A stretch of 64,000 nt of DNA from Planctomycetota bacterium (GCA_965228735.1 OZ245838.1:3200001-3264000), one strand, 5' to 3'. Numbered from the stretch's first letter, positions 8,519 through 18,959 are shown. The notes: generated by a model not told the origin, from the sequence alone. Numbers and translations are program-made.

Positions 8519-9949
8519 ATGCCCGACATGATCACACTGCACCGCCGTCCTGTTCTCGCGACGATCCTGGCCGCCGCCGCTGGCGCCACCGCCCAGTCGA
8601 CCCCCGACGACTCATCGACCAGCGACCTGCGCGGGGCACCCGGCACGTGGCGCACCGTGCTCGACGGCGTGATGGGCGGTCGCTCGACCGGGCGCGTGCA
8701 GCCCGCCGCCGATGGCACGATCGCGTTCACCGGCACCTTGTCGCTCGAGAACAATGGCGGTTTCTCGTCGATGCGTCGTCCGCTGGACGGTGCGCAGCTG
8801 GCGGCGACGACCGGCCTGGTCCTCGAGTGCCGCGGCGACGGCCGCACCTACAACTTCGACCTGCGGACCTCGAACGTCCGCCGCATGGCGTCCGGCTACC
8901 GCAAGGAGTTCGCGACCGTGGACGGCGAGTGGATCGAGGTGCGGCTGCCGTTCGACGAGTTCCGGCTGCAGAGCTTCGGCCGCTACATCCGGGGCGCGGC
9001 GCCGCTGGATCCGGCCAAGGTCGAGTCGCTCGGGATCACGCTGTCCGACAAGCAGGCCGGCGCCTTCCGGCTCGAGATCCGCGCGATCCGCGCGACGGCG
9101 AACGACTCGCCGAAGACGCTGACGGCCGGCATCTCGCCACGCCGACCGATGGCCGCAACGGGCTCGGCAGACGCCGCGGGCGCGACGAGCATCGAGGATG
9201 CCCGCCGCCTCGCCGCGGAGTCCGGCCTGACGACACTCCTCGCCGCCGTCGATGCCGCCGCGCTCGCCGTGCCGCGCGCACCGATCACGATTTTCGCGCC
9301 CACCAACGACGCCTTCGCCGCGCTGCCGAAGGCCGAGCTCGCCCGGCTGCTCGAGCCGCGCAACCGCCCATCCCTGCGCCGGGTCCTCGGGTTGCACGTG
9401 GTGCCGGGCCGCGTGCCCGCGAGCGCGCTGCTCGCGGGAGCCCGGCTCGAGAGCCTCGCCGGTGGCCGGATCGAGGTCGCCGTTCGCGACGGCCGCCTGA
9501 CGCTCCGCGACGGGATCGCGATCGTCGCGACCGACCTGCAGGCCGGCAACGTGACGATCCACCAGATCGACCGCGTCATCCTGCCGAGTGCGGCGCCCGA
9601 GACCGCCGCCGACGACGTCGCCGCTGCCATCGCGGCGCTCGATCCCCGCGAGTCGGCGATCGCGGTGTACGTCGCCGCCATCGACCGCGGCGCTCCGCTC
9701 TTCAACGCGGGCAACATTGCCGCGTGCACCGCCGTCTACGAGACCGCCGTCGACGCGATGTTGCTCCTCGGCGGCCGCGACCTCGGTGATGCCGTGTTCG
9801 AGCGCCTGCTCGCCTCGCGGCGCGATGCCGCGCGCGAAGGGTCGACCCGGCAGCGCGCGTGGCTGCTGCGTGAGGCACTGGACGACGCCGCCGGCACGCT
9901 GCAGCGCGCGATCGCAGCCGGACCCGCGCCGGACCGCCCGCGACGCTGA
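8519..9949 (+). CDS. secreted CIA30-domain + fasciclin (FAS1) + C-terminal helical domain protein
   Basis: WRTVLDGVMGGRS...LSLENNGGFSS...GDGRTY (CIA30); TIFAPTNDAF...IHQIDRVILP (FAS1); signal ending GATA|Q; start could be 8501, 8519 or 8528. Confidence 0.85.
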   Translation: MPDMITLHRRPVLATILAAAAGATAQSTPDDSSTSDLRGAPGTWRTVLDGVMGGRSTGRVQPAADGTIAFTGTLSLENNGGFSSMRRPLDGAQLAATTGLVLECRGDGRTYNFDLRTSNVRRMASGYRKEFATVDGEWIEVRLPFDEFRLQSFGRYIRGAAPLDPAKVESLGITLSDKQAGAFRLEIRAIRATANDSPKTLTAGISPRRPMAATGSADAAGATSIEDARRLAAESGLTTLLAAVDAAALAVPRAPITIFAPTNDAFAALPKAELARLLEPRNRPSLRRVLGLHVVPGRVPASALLAGARLESLAGGRIEVAVRDGRLTLRDGIAIVATDLQAGNVTIHQIDRVILPSAAPETAADDVAAAIAALDPRESAIAVYVAAIDRGAPLFNAGNIAACTAVYETAVDAMLLLGGRDLGDAVFERLLASRRDAAREGSTRQRAWLLREALDDAAGTLQRAIAAGPAPDRPRR

Positions 9950-10008
9950 GCGGAACGCCCCGGCGGACCTTGCTCCTGCCGGCCGACGCGGGGATCGTGG
10001 GGTGGCTC

Positions 10009-13000
10009 ATGCGCACCCCGAAGCTCGTAGCCGCCGCAGCCCTGCTGCTGCTGTCCCCCTCCATCGGCGCGCAGGGCGACGCGTCGACCACGTCGTCCTG
10101 GCAGAGCGAGACCTTCGACGGTCTGCAGTTCCGTTCGATCGGCCCGGCACTCATGGCCGGGCGCATCGCCGACATCGCGATCCACCCGGACGATCCCAAC
10201 CGCTGGGTCATCGGCGTCGGCTCGGGCGGCGTGTGGCACACGGTCAACGCCGGCATCACTTGGGCGCCGATCTTCGACGATCAAGAGAGCTACTCGATCG
10301 GGTGCGTGACCTTCGATCCGCACCACCCCGACACCATCTGGGTCGGCACGGGGGAGAACGTCGGTGGGCGGCACGTCGGCTACGGCGACGGTGTCTATCG
10401 CAGCCGGGACGGCGGGACGACGTGGGAGTGCCTAGGTCTGCGTGACTCGCAGCACATCGCGAAGATCCTGGTCCACCCCGACGACCCCGACACCGTATGG
10501 GTCGCCGCGCAGGGTCCGCTGTGGAGTTCGGGCGGCGAACGGGGCGTCTACCGTTCGACCGACGGGGGCAAGACGTGGGCCCGCACGCTCGGCGACGATC
10601 GGTGGACGGGCGCAACCGAACTCGTGCTCGACCCGCGTGATCCCGACCGGCTGTACGCGGCGACCTGGCAACGCCACCGCACGGTCGCCAACTACCTCGG
10701 CGGCGGCCCGGGCAGCGGGCTGCACAAGAGCGAGGACGGCGGCGTGACCTGGACTCGACTCGGCGAAGGTCTGCCCGAAGGTGACATGGGCAAAATCGGC
10801 CTCGCGATCTCGCCCCAACGACCCGACGTGCTCTACGCGGCCATCGAGCTGAAGCGCCGCACGGGCGGCGTGTGGAAGTCGACCAACCGCGGCAACAGCT
10901 GGACGAAGCAGTCCGACACCGTCTCCGGCGGCACGGGCCCGCACTACTACCAGGAGCTCTACGCCTGCCCCCACCACGAGGACCGCATCTACCTCGCGGA
11001 CGTCCGCATGCAGGTCTCCGACGACGGCGGCAAGACGTTCCGCCGGGTCAACGAGACCAACAAGCACTCGGACAACCACGCGCTCGCGTTCCGGGCCGAT
11101 GACCCCGACTACCTGCTCGTCGGCTGCGACGGCGGTCTCTACGAGAGCCTCGACGGCGCGCAGAACTGGCGGTTCCACGCCAACCTTCCGATCACGCAGT
11201 TCTACAAGGTCGCGGTCGACGACGCGGAGCCGTTCTACAACGTCTACGGCGGCACCCAGGACAACGGCAGCCAGACCGGGCCGTCGCGCACCGACAACTG
11301 GCTCGGCATTCGCAACGCGGACTGGCGGATGTTCCTCGACTGGGACGGCCACCAGCCTGCGACGGAGCCGGGGAACCCGAACATCGTCTACGGCGAACGC
11401 CAGGAGGGCTTTCTCGCGCGCATCGACAACTCGACCGGCGAGGTCGTGAGCATCCAGCCGCAGCCGCGCGAGGGCGAGGGGTTCGAACGTTACAACTGGG
11501 ACGCGCCGATCCTGATCTCGCCGCACGATCGTAAGCGCCTCTACTTTGCGTCGTACCGCGTGTGGCGAAGCGACGACCGCGGTGACTCGTGGACGCCGAT
11601 CTCCGGCGATCTGACGCGCGACGAAGAACGCTTCGCGCTGCCGATCATGAACGGCTCGCAGAGCTGGGACAGCGCGTGGGACGTCAACGCGATGTCGACC
11701 TACAACACGATCACGTCGCTGGCGGAATCGCCGCTGCAGGAGGGCGTGATCTTCGCCGGCACCGACGACGGTCTGCTGCACGTGACCGAGGACGGCGGCA
11801 AGAACTGGCGCAGGATCGAGATCGGCTCGCTCCCCGGCGTGCCGGAACGCGCGTTCATCAACGACGTGCGCTGCGATCTGCACCGGGCGGCAACCGTCTA
11901 CCTCTGCCTCGACAACCACAAGGCGGGCGACTTCACGCCGTACTTCCTCGTCAGTGGTGACATGGGCCGGACGTGGACATCGCTGCGCAACAACCTGCCC
12001 GATCGCACGCTCGTCTGGCGCACGGTGCAGGATCACGTCGACCCCGATCTGCTGTTCCTCGGCACCGAACGCGGCGTGTTCTTCACCACGGATCGCGGCG
12101 CGCGCTGGACGCACCTCGCGGGCGGCATGCCGACGATCCCGGTGCGCGACCTGACGATTCAGCGCCGCGAGAACGACCTGGTCTGCGCGACGTTCGGCCG
12201 CAGCTTCTACGTCCTCGACGACATCGCGCCGCTGCGCTCGGTGTCGGACGAACAGCTCGCACAGGAGGCGACGCTGTTCCCGACGCGCGACGCGCACTGG
12301 TTCGTGCGGCGGCCGGTGCTCGAGTTCGGCCGCGGGCCCGGTGATCAGGGCGCGAGCTATTTCTACACCGAGAATCCGCCGTTCGGCGCCGTGTTCACGC
12401 TCTACCTCAGGGACGGCTACCAGAGCCGCGAGGACCAGCGCATCGAAGCGGAGAAGGCAGCGCGCGCGGCCGGCGAGGACGTCGGTTTCCCCGGCTGGGA
12501 CGTGCTCGAGGAGCAGGCGCGCGCCACCGCGCCGCGGGTCTGGCTGACGATTCGCAACAGCGACGGCGCCGTCATGCGGCGCCTCGAGTGCCCGACGAAG
12601 CCGGGCTTCCACCGCGTCGCGTGGGATCTCACGCGCCCCAACCCGACGACCGTCACGCTCACGCCGCCGCCGCCGCCCGAGTGGGGCGAGCCGCCGGCGG
12701 GGATGATGGTCGCACCGGGGCGCTACAGTGCGACGCTCAGCAAGGAGATCGACGGCGTCGCGACGCCGCTCGGCAGCCCGCAGAGCTTCCACGTCGTGCC
12801 GCTGTACGACGGCGCACTGCAGAGGTCCGACACGGCCGCGGTCGCCGGGTTCTGGTTCCAGTACGACGCCGCCACGCGGCTGCATTCCGCCATCGGCAAG
12901 AGCGTGGCGCTGATGACGACCACGATCGAGCGCATGCGCACCGCGATGACCCAGATGCCGCTCGCACCCGGCAATCCGTTCGACGGCCGGATCGAACGAC

Positions 13001-13305
13001 TGCGTCGCGGTCTGCTCGACGTCGACACGGCACTCAACGGCCCGGCCGCGAAGCGGCAACCCGGCGAGAAGGCCGACCCGACGGTGAGCAGTCGCCTGTC
13101 CGCCGTGAACCTCGGCGTCGCGAGTTCGACGTACGGTCCGACCGCGACCCATCGCGAACAACTGCGCCTCGTCGCGACCGAGCTGCGTCGGCTGCAGCCG
13201 ATCGTCAGCGCGATGCAGAAGGACCTCGCGGCCCTGGTGCAGGAGCTCGTCGCTGCCGGTGCGCCGTGGATCGAGGGTCAGCCGTTGCCCGGCGGCGGGC
13301 GCTGA
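10009..13305 (+). CDS. secreted VPS10/sortilin-like BNR-repeat beta-propeller (putative glycosyl hydrolase)
   Basis: FRSIGPALMAGRIADI; many Asp-box repeats SxDGGxTW; signal ending IGA|Q. Confidence 0.9.
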   Translation: MRTPKLVAAAALLLLSPSIGAQGDASTTSSWQSETFDGLQFRSIGPALMAGRIADIAIHPDDPNRWVIGVGSGGVWHTVNAGITWAPIFDDQESYSIGCVTFDPHHPDTIWVGTGENVGGRHVGYGDGVYRSRDGGTTWECLGLRDSQHIAKILVHPDDPDTVWVAAQGPLWSSGGERGVYRSTDGGKTWARTLGDDRWTGATELVLDPRDPDRLYAATWQRHRTVANYLGGGPGSGLHKSEDGGVTWTRLGEGLPEGDMGKIGLAISPQRPDVLYAAIELKRRTGGVWKSTNRGNSWTKQSDTVSGGTGPHYYQELYACPHHEDRIYLADVRMQVSDDGGKTFRRVNETNKHSDNHALAFRADDPDYLLVGCDGGLYESLDGAQNWRFHANLPITQFYKVAVDDAEPFYNVYGGTQDNGSQTGPSRTDNWLGIRNADWRMFLDWDGHQPATEPGNPNIVYGERQEGFLARIDNSTGEVVSIQPQPREGEGFERYNWDAPILISPHDRKRLYFASYRVWRSDDRGDSWTPISGDLTRDEERFALPIMNGSQSWDSAWDVNAMSTYNTITSLAESPLQEGVIFAGTDDGLLHVTEDGGKNWRRIEIGSLPGVPERAFINDVRCDLHRAATVYLCLDNHKAGDFTPYFLVSGDMGRTWTSLRNNLPDRTLVWRTVQDHVDPDLLFLGTERGVFFTTDRGARWTHLAGGMPTIPVRDLTIQRRENDLVCATFGRSFYVLDDIAPLRSVSDEQLAQEATLFPTRDAHWFVRRPVLEFGRGPGDQGASYFYTENPPFGAVFTLYLRDGYQSREDQRIEAEKAARAAGEDVGFPGWDVLEEQARATAPRVWLTIRNSDGAVMRRLECPTKPGFHRVAWDLTRPNPTTVTLTPPPPPEWGEPPAGMMVAPGRYSATLSKEIDGVATPLGSPQSFHVVPLYDGALQRSDTAAVAGFWFQYDAATRLHSAIGKSVALMTTTIERMRTAMTQMPLAPGNPFDGRIERLRRGLLDVDTALNGPAAKRQPGEKADPTVSSRLSAVNLGVASSTYGPTATHREQLRLVATELRRLQPIVSAMQKDLAALVQELVAAGAPWIEGQPLPGGGR

Positions 13306-13333
13306 GGCGGCACGTCGCGTAGTCTGCTCGTCG

Positions 13334-14812
13334 ATGCACCCCACCGGCTCCGTCTGGCCGCTGCTCGCAGCGTTCACGCTCTCGATCGCGGCTACGGCTC
13401 AGAGCGGGTTCGAGGACCCCGCGCCGCCGACGGTCCAGGAGCTGCCGGCGGTCACAGCACCGCAGGCGCAGGCCTTCGACGAGCTGCAGACGTTCGGCAC
13501 CGCCAGCCCGCTGTCGAGAGGCGCGAAGGTCGAGGACTGGCCGGGCTTCCTCGGCCCGCGTCGCGACGGTCGCTGCCGCGAGACCGGACTGCTCGAGAGC
13601 TGGCCCGACGGCGAACTGCAGCCGCTCTGGACCATGCGACGCGGCGAGGGCTTCGCATCGCCCGTCGTCCTCGGCGACCGCCTCGTGTTCACCCACCGCA
13701 TCGGCAACGAGGTCGTCATCGAATGTCTCGAGGCCGCGACCGGCGAGCGCTACTGGCAGTTCCGGTACCCGACCGACTACCGCGCCGAATACTTCTCCGC
13801 GCACGGCCCGTGCAGCACACCGGTCGCTGCGGATGGCCGCGTGTGGGTGCACGGCGTCGAAGGCATGCTGCACTGCCTCGAGCTCGCAACGGGCCGCGTC
13901 GTCTGGAAGCGGAATCTGCTGGCGGAGTTCGGCCTGGAACAACAGTTCTTCGGCGTGACGACGAGTCCGCTGCTCCGCGGCAACGAGCTCATCATCAACC
14001 TCGGTGTGCCAAACGGCCCGACCGTCGCGGCGTTCGATCGTGCCACCGGGCGGCTGCTCTGGGGCACCGGCACCAGGTGGGGCATGAGCTGCGCCTCGCC
14101 GGTCCTGCGACCGCTGCACGGCAAGGAACGGCTCTTCGTCCTCACCGGTGGCAAGTCACGCCCCACCGTCGGCGGCCTCATGGTCATCGACCCGGACGCT
14201 CACACGACGATCGGTGAGTTCCCGTTCCGCAGCCGGCGTTACGAGTCGGTGAACGGCGTCTGCCCGGTCGTCGTGGACTCGACCGTCGTGCTGACGTCGA
14301 ACTACAGCACGGGCACGGTCGGCGTCACGATCGACGAGGACGGCAACGCCGCCCAGGCCTGGAAGGCCCGCCGACTCGGCATCGAGTTCTCCGCCCCGAT
14401 CGTCCACGAGGGCGATCTCTACCTCGTCGACGGCGTCCGCGATCGCAGCGGCGCGATCGTCTGCCTCGATCCGATCGCCGGCACCGAACGGTCGCGCACC
14501 GCGATCGACTGGGAGGAGGAGGTCGAGCTCGACGGCAAGAAGCGCATGCTGTCGTGCGGTCTCGGCGCGGGCTCACTGCTGCACATCGGCGGCGACCGCT
14601 TCCTGTGCCTCAGCGACAACGGTCACCTCCTGCGGTTGCGCTGCAAACCGGACGGCGCGGAGGTGCTCGACCGCACCATGCTGTTCCTCGCGGGCGAGAC
14701 CTGGACGCCGCTCGTGCTGAGCCACGGGCTGCTCTACGTGTGCCAGAACCAGCCGGCGAAGATCGGCACCGCGCCGCGCCGCCTGCTGTGCTACGACCTG
14801 CGGGCGCGGTGA
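13334..14812 (+). CDS. secreted PQQ-like (BamB-type) beta-propeller repeat protein
   Basis: DWPGFLGPRRDG, GEGFASPV, CLEAATGERYW, STPV, CLELATGRVVW, WTPLVLSHGLLYV. Confidence 0.85.
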   Translation: MHPTGSVWPLLAAFTLSIAATAQSGFEDPAPPTVQELPAVTAPQAQAFDELQTFGTASPLSRGAKVEDWPGFLGPRRDGRCRETGLLESWPDGELQPLWTMRRGEGFASPVVLGDRLVFTHRIGNEVVIECLEAATGERYWQFRYPTDYRAEYFSAHGPCSTPVAADGRVWVHGVEGMLHCLELATGRVVWKRNLLAEFGLEQQFFGVTTSPLLRGNELIINLGVPNGPTVAAFDRATGRLLWGTGTRWGMSCASPVLRPLHGKERLFVLTGGKSRPTVGGLMVIDPDAHTTIGEFPFRSRRYESVNGVCPVVVDSTVVLTSNYSTGTVGVTIDEDGNAAQAWKARRLGIEFSAPIVHEGDLYLVDGVRDRSGAIVCLDPIAGTERSRTAIDWEEEVELDGKKRMLSCGLGAGSLLHIGGDRFLCLSDNGHLLRLRCKPDGAEVLDRTMLFLAGETWTPLVLSHGLLYVCQNQPAKIGTAPRRLLCYDLRAR

Positions 14813-14899
14813 GGGCGCACGTCGAGAAACCAGTCTTTCGATCCCGATGTCGAACACCAATCACGAAACGGGTGCCAGTAGGACCAGCTTCGAACACCA

Positions 14900-14930
14900 G
14901 GAAAATTGGACGCGCCACGGCCAATTTTCC
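14900..14930. terminator. inverted repeat between convergent genes (possible bidirectional terminator)
   Basis: GGAAAATTGG...CCAATTTTCC perfect 10-bp arms. Confidence 0.45.
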
Positions 14931-14947
14931 CGGTAGCGCTCCGGAGC

Positions 14948-16435
14948 TCACCGCAGGAGCTCCAGCACGTGCCAGGTCGTGATCGCTTTCGACCCGGGAT
15001 GCTCATCGATCGCGCCGTCCCAGACGGCGACTGCGAAGAGCACGGCATCGCCTCGCGAGAGATCGACCTCGCCGTCGTCCCGCGCTTTCAGTTCCCGCTC
15101 GAACGTCGCCCGCCAACGGCCGTCACGCCACTGCACGTCCGCGTCGATCGGCAGCCCCGCGCCGGCACGACGTCCGACCGTGTGCATGCCGCCGAACTGC
15201 ACGGACTCGGCGCGCGGGTCGACCTGAATGGGCCACGGCACGTCGAGGCCCTGATGCGGCTGCTGCCCCATGAGATCGACCATGCCCGCGAGTTCCTTCG
15301 GGTCGTAGGTGTGCCAGCGCCACACGTTCACCGGCGCCGCATCGGTGCCCATGGGGAACAACGGCGGCTCGGTCTCGCTCGCAAACTGGATCGCAACGCC
15401 GTCACCCATCCGCACGTCGGGCCGAACGCGATCGTCACGCGTGTCGTCGGCCCACTCGAGTTCGATCCGGATGCGGGTACCGTCATGCGTGGCGCGAAGC
15501 CACACCTCATCGCACGCGTCGGGGCGCCAACGCAGCGGCACCACGGGTAGCCGGATCGAGTCGAGGGCACCGGCCGAGGCGAGGTCATCGACCTCCTGGA
15601 CCCGGACGGTACGCCGCCACTGCGTGTGGCGGTCACCGCTGCCCTCGGGCACGAGCGACCGCACGTAGGCCACGAGCTTCGCCGTCTCGGCCACGGAGAT
15701 GGGCGAAGGCATCATGAGCGCCGCGGGCATGCCGGCGCGGATGCGGTAGGCCAGCTCGCGATGGCTCACGTCCCCGCGCAGGTAGCCCGCCGTGAAATCG
15801 CGCGGCAGGATCCAGTCGGCCGCGCCGTTCTGCCACCGCGTCGCCTGCTGCAGCCCACGACCATCGGCGCTGTGACAGCTCGCGCAGTACTGCATGAACA
15901 GCTCCCGCCCCGCGGCCAGGTCTTCTGCCGAAGGCGAGTGGATGGCCTCACCGATCTCGACGACCGCCCCGGGAGTCATCTCCGCCTCGGCGCGCGCGAG
16001 GGCCGCGGCGCGCGCGACGGGACGCCGCGCGATCTCGCCCCCGACCTGGATCCAGCTGGCGCGACCCGCGATCGCGAGCCGCCGCACCTCCCGCGCGAGC
16101 GCCTCCAGATCGGCCCGCGGCAGCCAGCTGTATGCCATCATGGTCGAACCCGGCATGCCGTAGTAGAGGGTGCGAACGAGATCGTCCTCGGTCGGAACGC
16201 CGTTCTCGGTGCTGACGAGCTTGAACAGGCCGTCACGAAACGGCAGCGGTCGCGGCCGCAACAACGCCGCCACCGCGGTGTCGGCGTCGCCCGTGCCGCC
16301 GTGGCACACCGCACAGTGCCGGGCGTACAGCTCGGCCCCCCGGTTCGCGAAATGCCCGGCTCCGTCCGCACTGCCGGTCGCACAGGTGACCGCCAGGGTC
16401 GAGGCTACGAGGACGAACGCTGCTCGGAGTCGCAT
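14948..16435 (-). CDS. di-heme cytochrome c fused to an ethylbenzene-dehydrogenase-gamma-like (DOMON) heme b domain
   Basis: CAVCH and CASCH; PRDF...GYLR; C domain LEWADDT...DGVAIQF...PMG...VNVWRW...FAVAVWDG...K. Confidence 0.8.
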   Translation of the reverse strand: MRLRAAFVLVASTLAVTCATGSADGAGHFANRGAELYARHCAVCHGGTGDADTAVAALLRPRPLPFRDGLFKLVSTENGVPTEDDLVRTLYYGMPGSTMMAYSWLPRADLEALAREVRRLAIAGRASWIQVGGEIARRPVARAAALARAEAEMTPGAVVEIGEAIHSPSAEDLAAGRELFMQYCASCHSADGRGLQQATRWQNGAADWILPRDFTAGYLRGDVSHRELAYRIRAGMPAALMMPSPISVAETAKLVAYVRSLVPEGSGDRHTQWRRTVRVQEVDDLASAGALDSIRLPVVPLRWRPDACDEVWLRATHDGTRIRIELEWADDTRDDRVRPDVRMGDGVAIQFASETEPPLFPMGTDAAPVNVWRWHTYDPKELAGMVDLMGQQPHQGLDVPWPIQVDPRAESVQFGGMHTVGRRAGAGLPIDADVQWRDGRWRATFERELKARDDGEVDLSRGDAVLFAVAVWDGAIDEHPGSKAITTWHVLELLR

Positions 16436-16510
16436 GCTCGCGAGTGTAGGCAGCGGCGCGCGATCGGACCGTTCGAACCAATACGTATCCCGGACGGGGA
16501 AAGGGCGCAG

Positions 16511-17866
16511 TCAGCGCCCTGCGAGCAACCGATACATCCGCTCGTCGTCGAACGGCTCACGCACGTGCAGGTATGCCCGATGCTGCACCCGAGCGACGAC
16601 CACATCGAGCGCGGGGAACACCCAGACGTCGGTGTCGAGGTAGCCGCGCATCGACCAGCCGCGCCCGTCCGGTTCGCGCCACCACAGCAGGCCGTAGCCG
16701 CCGTTCTGCGGACTGGCGGCGAGCATCTGGTCCAGCCACGCCTCGGAAACGACCCGGCCGTGACCCGGCCACTCGCCGCGGCGCCGAACGAGCTCGCCGA
16801 AACGGGCGAACTCCCGCAGCGTCGTCGCGGCGTCGGCGTAGGTGTTGGTCGCGCCGCGCAGGCGGCGCATCGCCGTGTTGGTCGCGCCGATCGGTTCGAA
16901 CAACGCCGCCTTCGCGAACTCGGCCAGCGACGTGCCGGCCGCGTGTTCGAGGATGGGCGACAGCAGCTGCACGCCCTCGTTCGTGTACTCGAACTTCTCG
17001 CCCGGCTGGCGCACGACCTCCTGCCGGCGCGCGAAGTCCGTCCAGCTGTCGTCCGGCCGACGCTCGACCTGCGAGCGCCGCGGCAATCCGGCGGTCATCG
17101 TCAGCAGATGCCGCACGGTGACGTCACCCCGGCGCCCCTCCGCCCACTCGGGCAGGTACTCGCTCACGCGGGCGTCGATCTGCAGCGCGCCGCGATCGAC
17201 GAGGATGCCGGCGAGCAGGCCGGTGATCGACTTGCAGGACGACATCGTGGGCATCGGCTCGCGATAGAGCGGCGAGTAGAACTCGACCTCGATGCGGCCC
17301 TTGCGCGTCACCAGCAACCCGTCCGCGCCCGACCGGCGCGCGAGCTCGACGAGCTCTTCCCGGGTGGCGTCGTCGTACGGCGACGTCGCGGGGTCGCGTG
17401 GCTGCCAGTAGCTGTCGTTCGCGGGCGGTTCGAACGGGTCGCCGGCAGCGGCGAGCCCCGGCAACGGCGGCAACCCGAGCGCCGCGCGCAACAGCCGCAT
17501 CTCGATCCGCAGCGGATCGTCCGCGTCGAGCTCGCGCGCCGCCTCGGCGAACGAGCGGAACGCCTGCGTCGCATCCGCGCGCCGGAGCTTCTGGCGCGCG
17601 AACGCGAGGTGCAGCCACAGGTCACAGCGCTGGACCACGCTGCCGACCTTCGCCTGCAGCAGCCGTTCCGCGCGTTGCGCGGCGTTCTCGTGCTGCCCCG
17701 TCTGGTTGTCGTGCCGCACGGTCCAGATCTCGGCCGGCAGTTGCTGCCGCATCGCCGCAGCGTCCGCCGGCTGCTGCGCCACAACCGTCACCCCGAAGCC
17801 GACTCCGAGACTGACTCCGAGAATCGGGCCAGCGAAGGAGGAGACCACCACCCGCCAACACACCAT
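16511..17866 (-). CDS. secreted serine hydrolase, beta-lactamase class C/PBP-like family
   Basis: SxxK (SCKS), YxN (YTN), VRHLLTMTAG, LFEPIG, YGLLWW; start uncertain. Confidence 0.85.
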   Translation of the reverse strand: MVCWRVVVSSFAGPILGVSLGVGFGVTVVAQQPADAAAMRQQLPAEIWTVRHDNQTGQHENAAQRAERLLQAKVGSVVQRCDLWLHLAFARQKLRRADATQAFRSFAEAARELDADDPLRIEMRLLRAALGLPPLPGLAAAGDPFEPPANDSYWQPRDPATSPYDDATREELVELARRSGADGLLVTRKGRIEVEFYSPLYREPMPTMSSCKSITGLLAGILVDRGALQIDARVSEYLPEWAEGRRGDVTVRHLLTMTAGLPRRSQVERRPDDSWTDFARRQEVVRQPGEKFEYTNEGVQLLSPILEHAAGTSLAEFAKAALFEPIGATNTAMRRLRGATNTYADAATTLREFARFGELVRRRGEWPGHGRVVSEAWLDQMLAASPQNGGYGLLWWREPDGRGWSMRGYLDTDVWVFPALDVVVARVQHRAYLHVREPFDDERMYRLLAGR

Positions 17867-18014
17867 TCCGCCATGGTATCGCGCCCACCGCGGAAGTCTC
17901 GCCGCGTACGGTAGAGCGTCGTCAGAGCGGCAACGGAAAGCGGTTCCAAGACCATGGAATCGGGTAGTCTGCTAGCCAACCTCGCGGCCCACGGCCGCCC
18001 ACCTCGGAGTCTCC

Positions 18015-18959
18015 ATGCTGTCCCGCACCTCTCTCGTTCTCTTCCTCGTCCTTGCCGCCCTCGCCACCAGCGTGTCCGCGCAGTGCCTGACCACGCTCTA
18101 CGCCCGCAACAACGGCGGCAGCAACGGCGGCGCGATCTACTTCGACGTCGACGTCATCAACCCCGCCGGCCTCACGGTCACCGTGATCGACACGAACACG
18201 GCCGAGACCGTGCCACTGCAACTCGACGTCTACACGATCTCCGGCAGCCACGTCGGCAACGAAACGACGGGCGCATGGACGCTCGTCTCGTCGGGCACGG
18301 CGACCGGTGCGGGCCAGAACAACCCGACCTCCATCGACGTCACCGACTTCATGCTGCCAGTCGGCCAGACCGGCATCGCGCTCGTGATGAACTCGGCGGC
18401 CGGCCACGACTACACCAACGGCAACGGCAGCAACCAGGTCTACTCCAACGCCGATCTCACGATCACGTGCGGCTCGGCGACGAACGTGCCGTTCTCGGGC
18501 AACCCGTTCACGCCGCGCGTGTGGAACGGCACGCTCTACTACACCACGCCCGGCGGTTCGCCGTGCGCGACGGTCGGCTCGTTCGGCGCCGGCTGCGGCA
18601 CCCAACCACTGACGCTAACGGCGAGCGCGCGGCCGAGCTTCGGCACGACGTTCACGGCTGACACGAGCAACATCTCGGCGACGACCAACTTCGGCGTCGT
18701 CCTGCTCGGCCTCATCGAGATCAACCCGCCGTTCGACCTCGCGGCGATCGGCGCGCCCGGCTGCTTCCAGTACATCACGAACGACGTCACCCTCGTCTGG
18801 TTCCCCGCCGGCACGACGGCGAGCAACCCCGTGAGCATCCCGGCGAACCCGGGGCTCTCCGGTGTGCAGTTCTACGGCCAGTCGGTCGCGTTCGACGCAG
18901 CGGCGAACACGTTCGGCCTGCTGAGCTCCAACGCGCTCCACTTCGTCGTCGGCAGCTGA
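18015..18959 (+). CDS. secreted protein with shared C-terminal domain
   Basis: GGAG RBS; signal ...ATSVSA|Q; C domain FGAGC...PSFG...DLAAIGAPGC...IPANPGLSG..FYGQ...SSNALHFVVGS. Confidence 0.85.
   Translation: MLSRTSLVLFLVLAALATSVSAQCLTTLYARNNGGSNGGAIYFDVDVINPAGLTVTVIDTNTAETVPLQLDVYTISGSHVGNETTGAWTLVSSGTATGAGQNNPTSIDVTDFMLPVGQTGIALVMNSAAGHDYTNGNGSNQVYSNADLTITCGSATNVPFSGNPFTPRVWNGTLYYTTPGGSPCATVGSFGAGCGTQPLTLTASARPSFGTTFTADTSNISATTNFGVVLLGLIEINPPFDLAAIGAPGCFQYITNDVTLVWFPAGTTASNPVSIPANPGLSGVQFYGQSVAFDAAANTFGLLSSNALHFVVGS

Noticed and set aside
10432..13377. Long antisense ORFs (also 4160..6049, 30207..33281, 33278..35920, 46833..48938, 61557..63764)
   Set aside because: Shadows of real genes in high-GC DNA. 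They are Arg/Ala-rich, have no motifs, and the opposite strand carries recognisable families.
14850..14899. Possible mini-CRISPR (10-bp repeat with 40-bp period)
   Set aside because: Only two very short copies and no cas genes.
16511..17866. Antibiotic-resistance beta-lactamase
   Set aside because: SxxK/YxN only place it in the broad serine hydrolase family. It has no KTG motif (MRG instead) and no mobile context.
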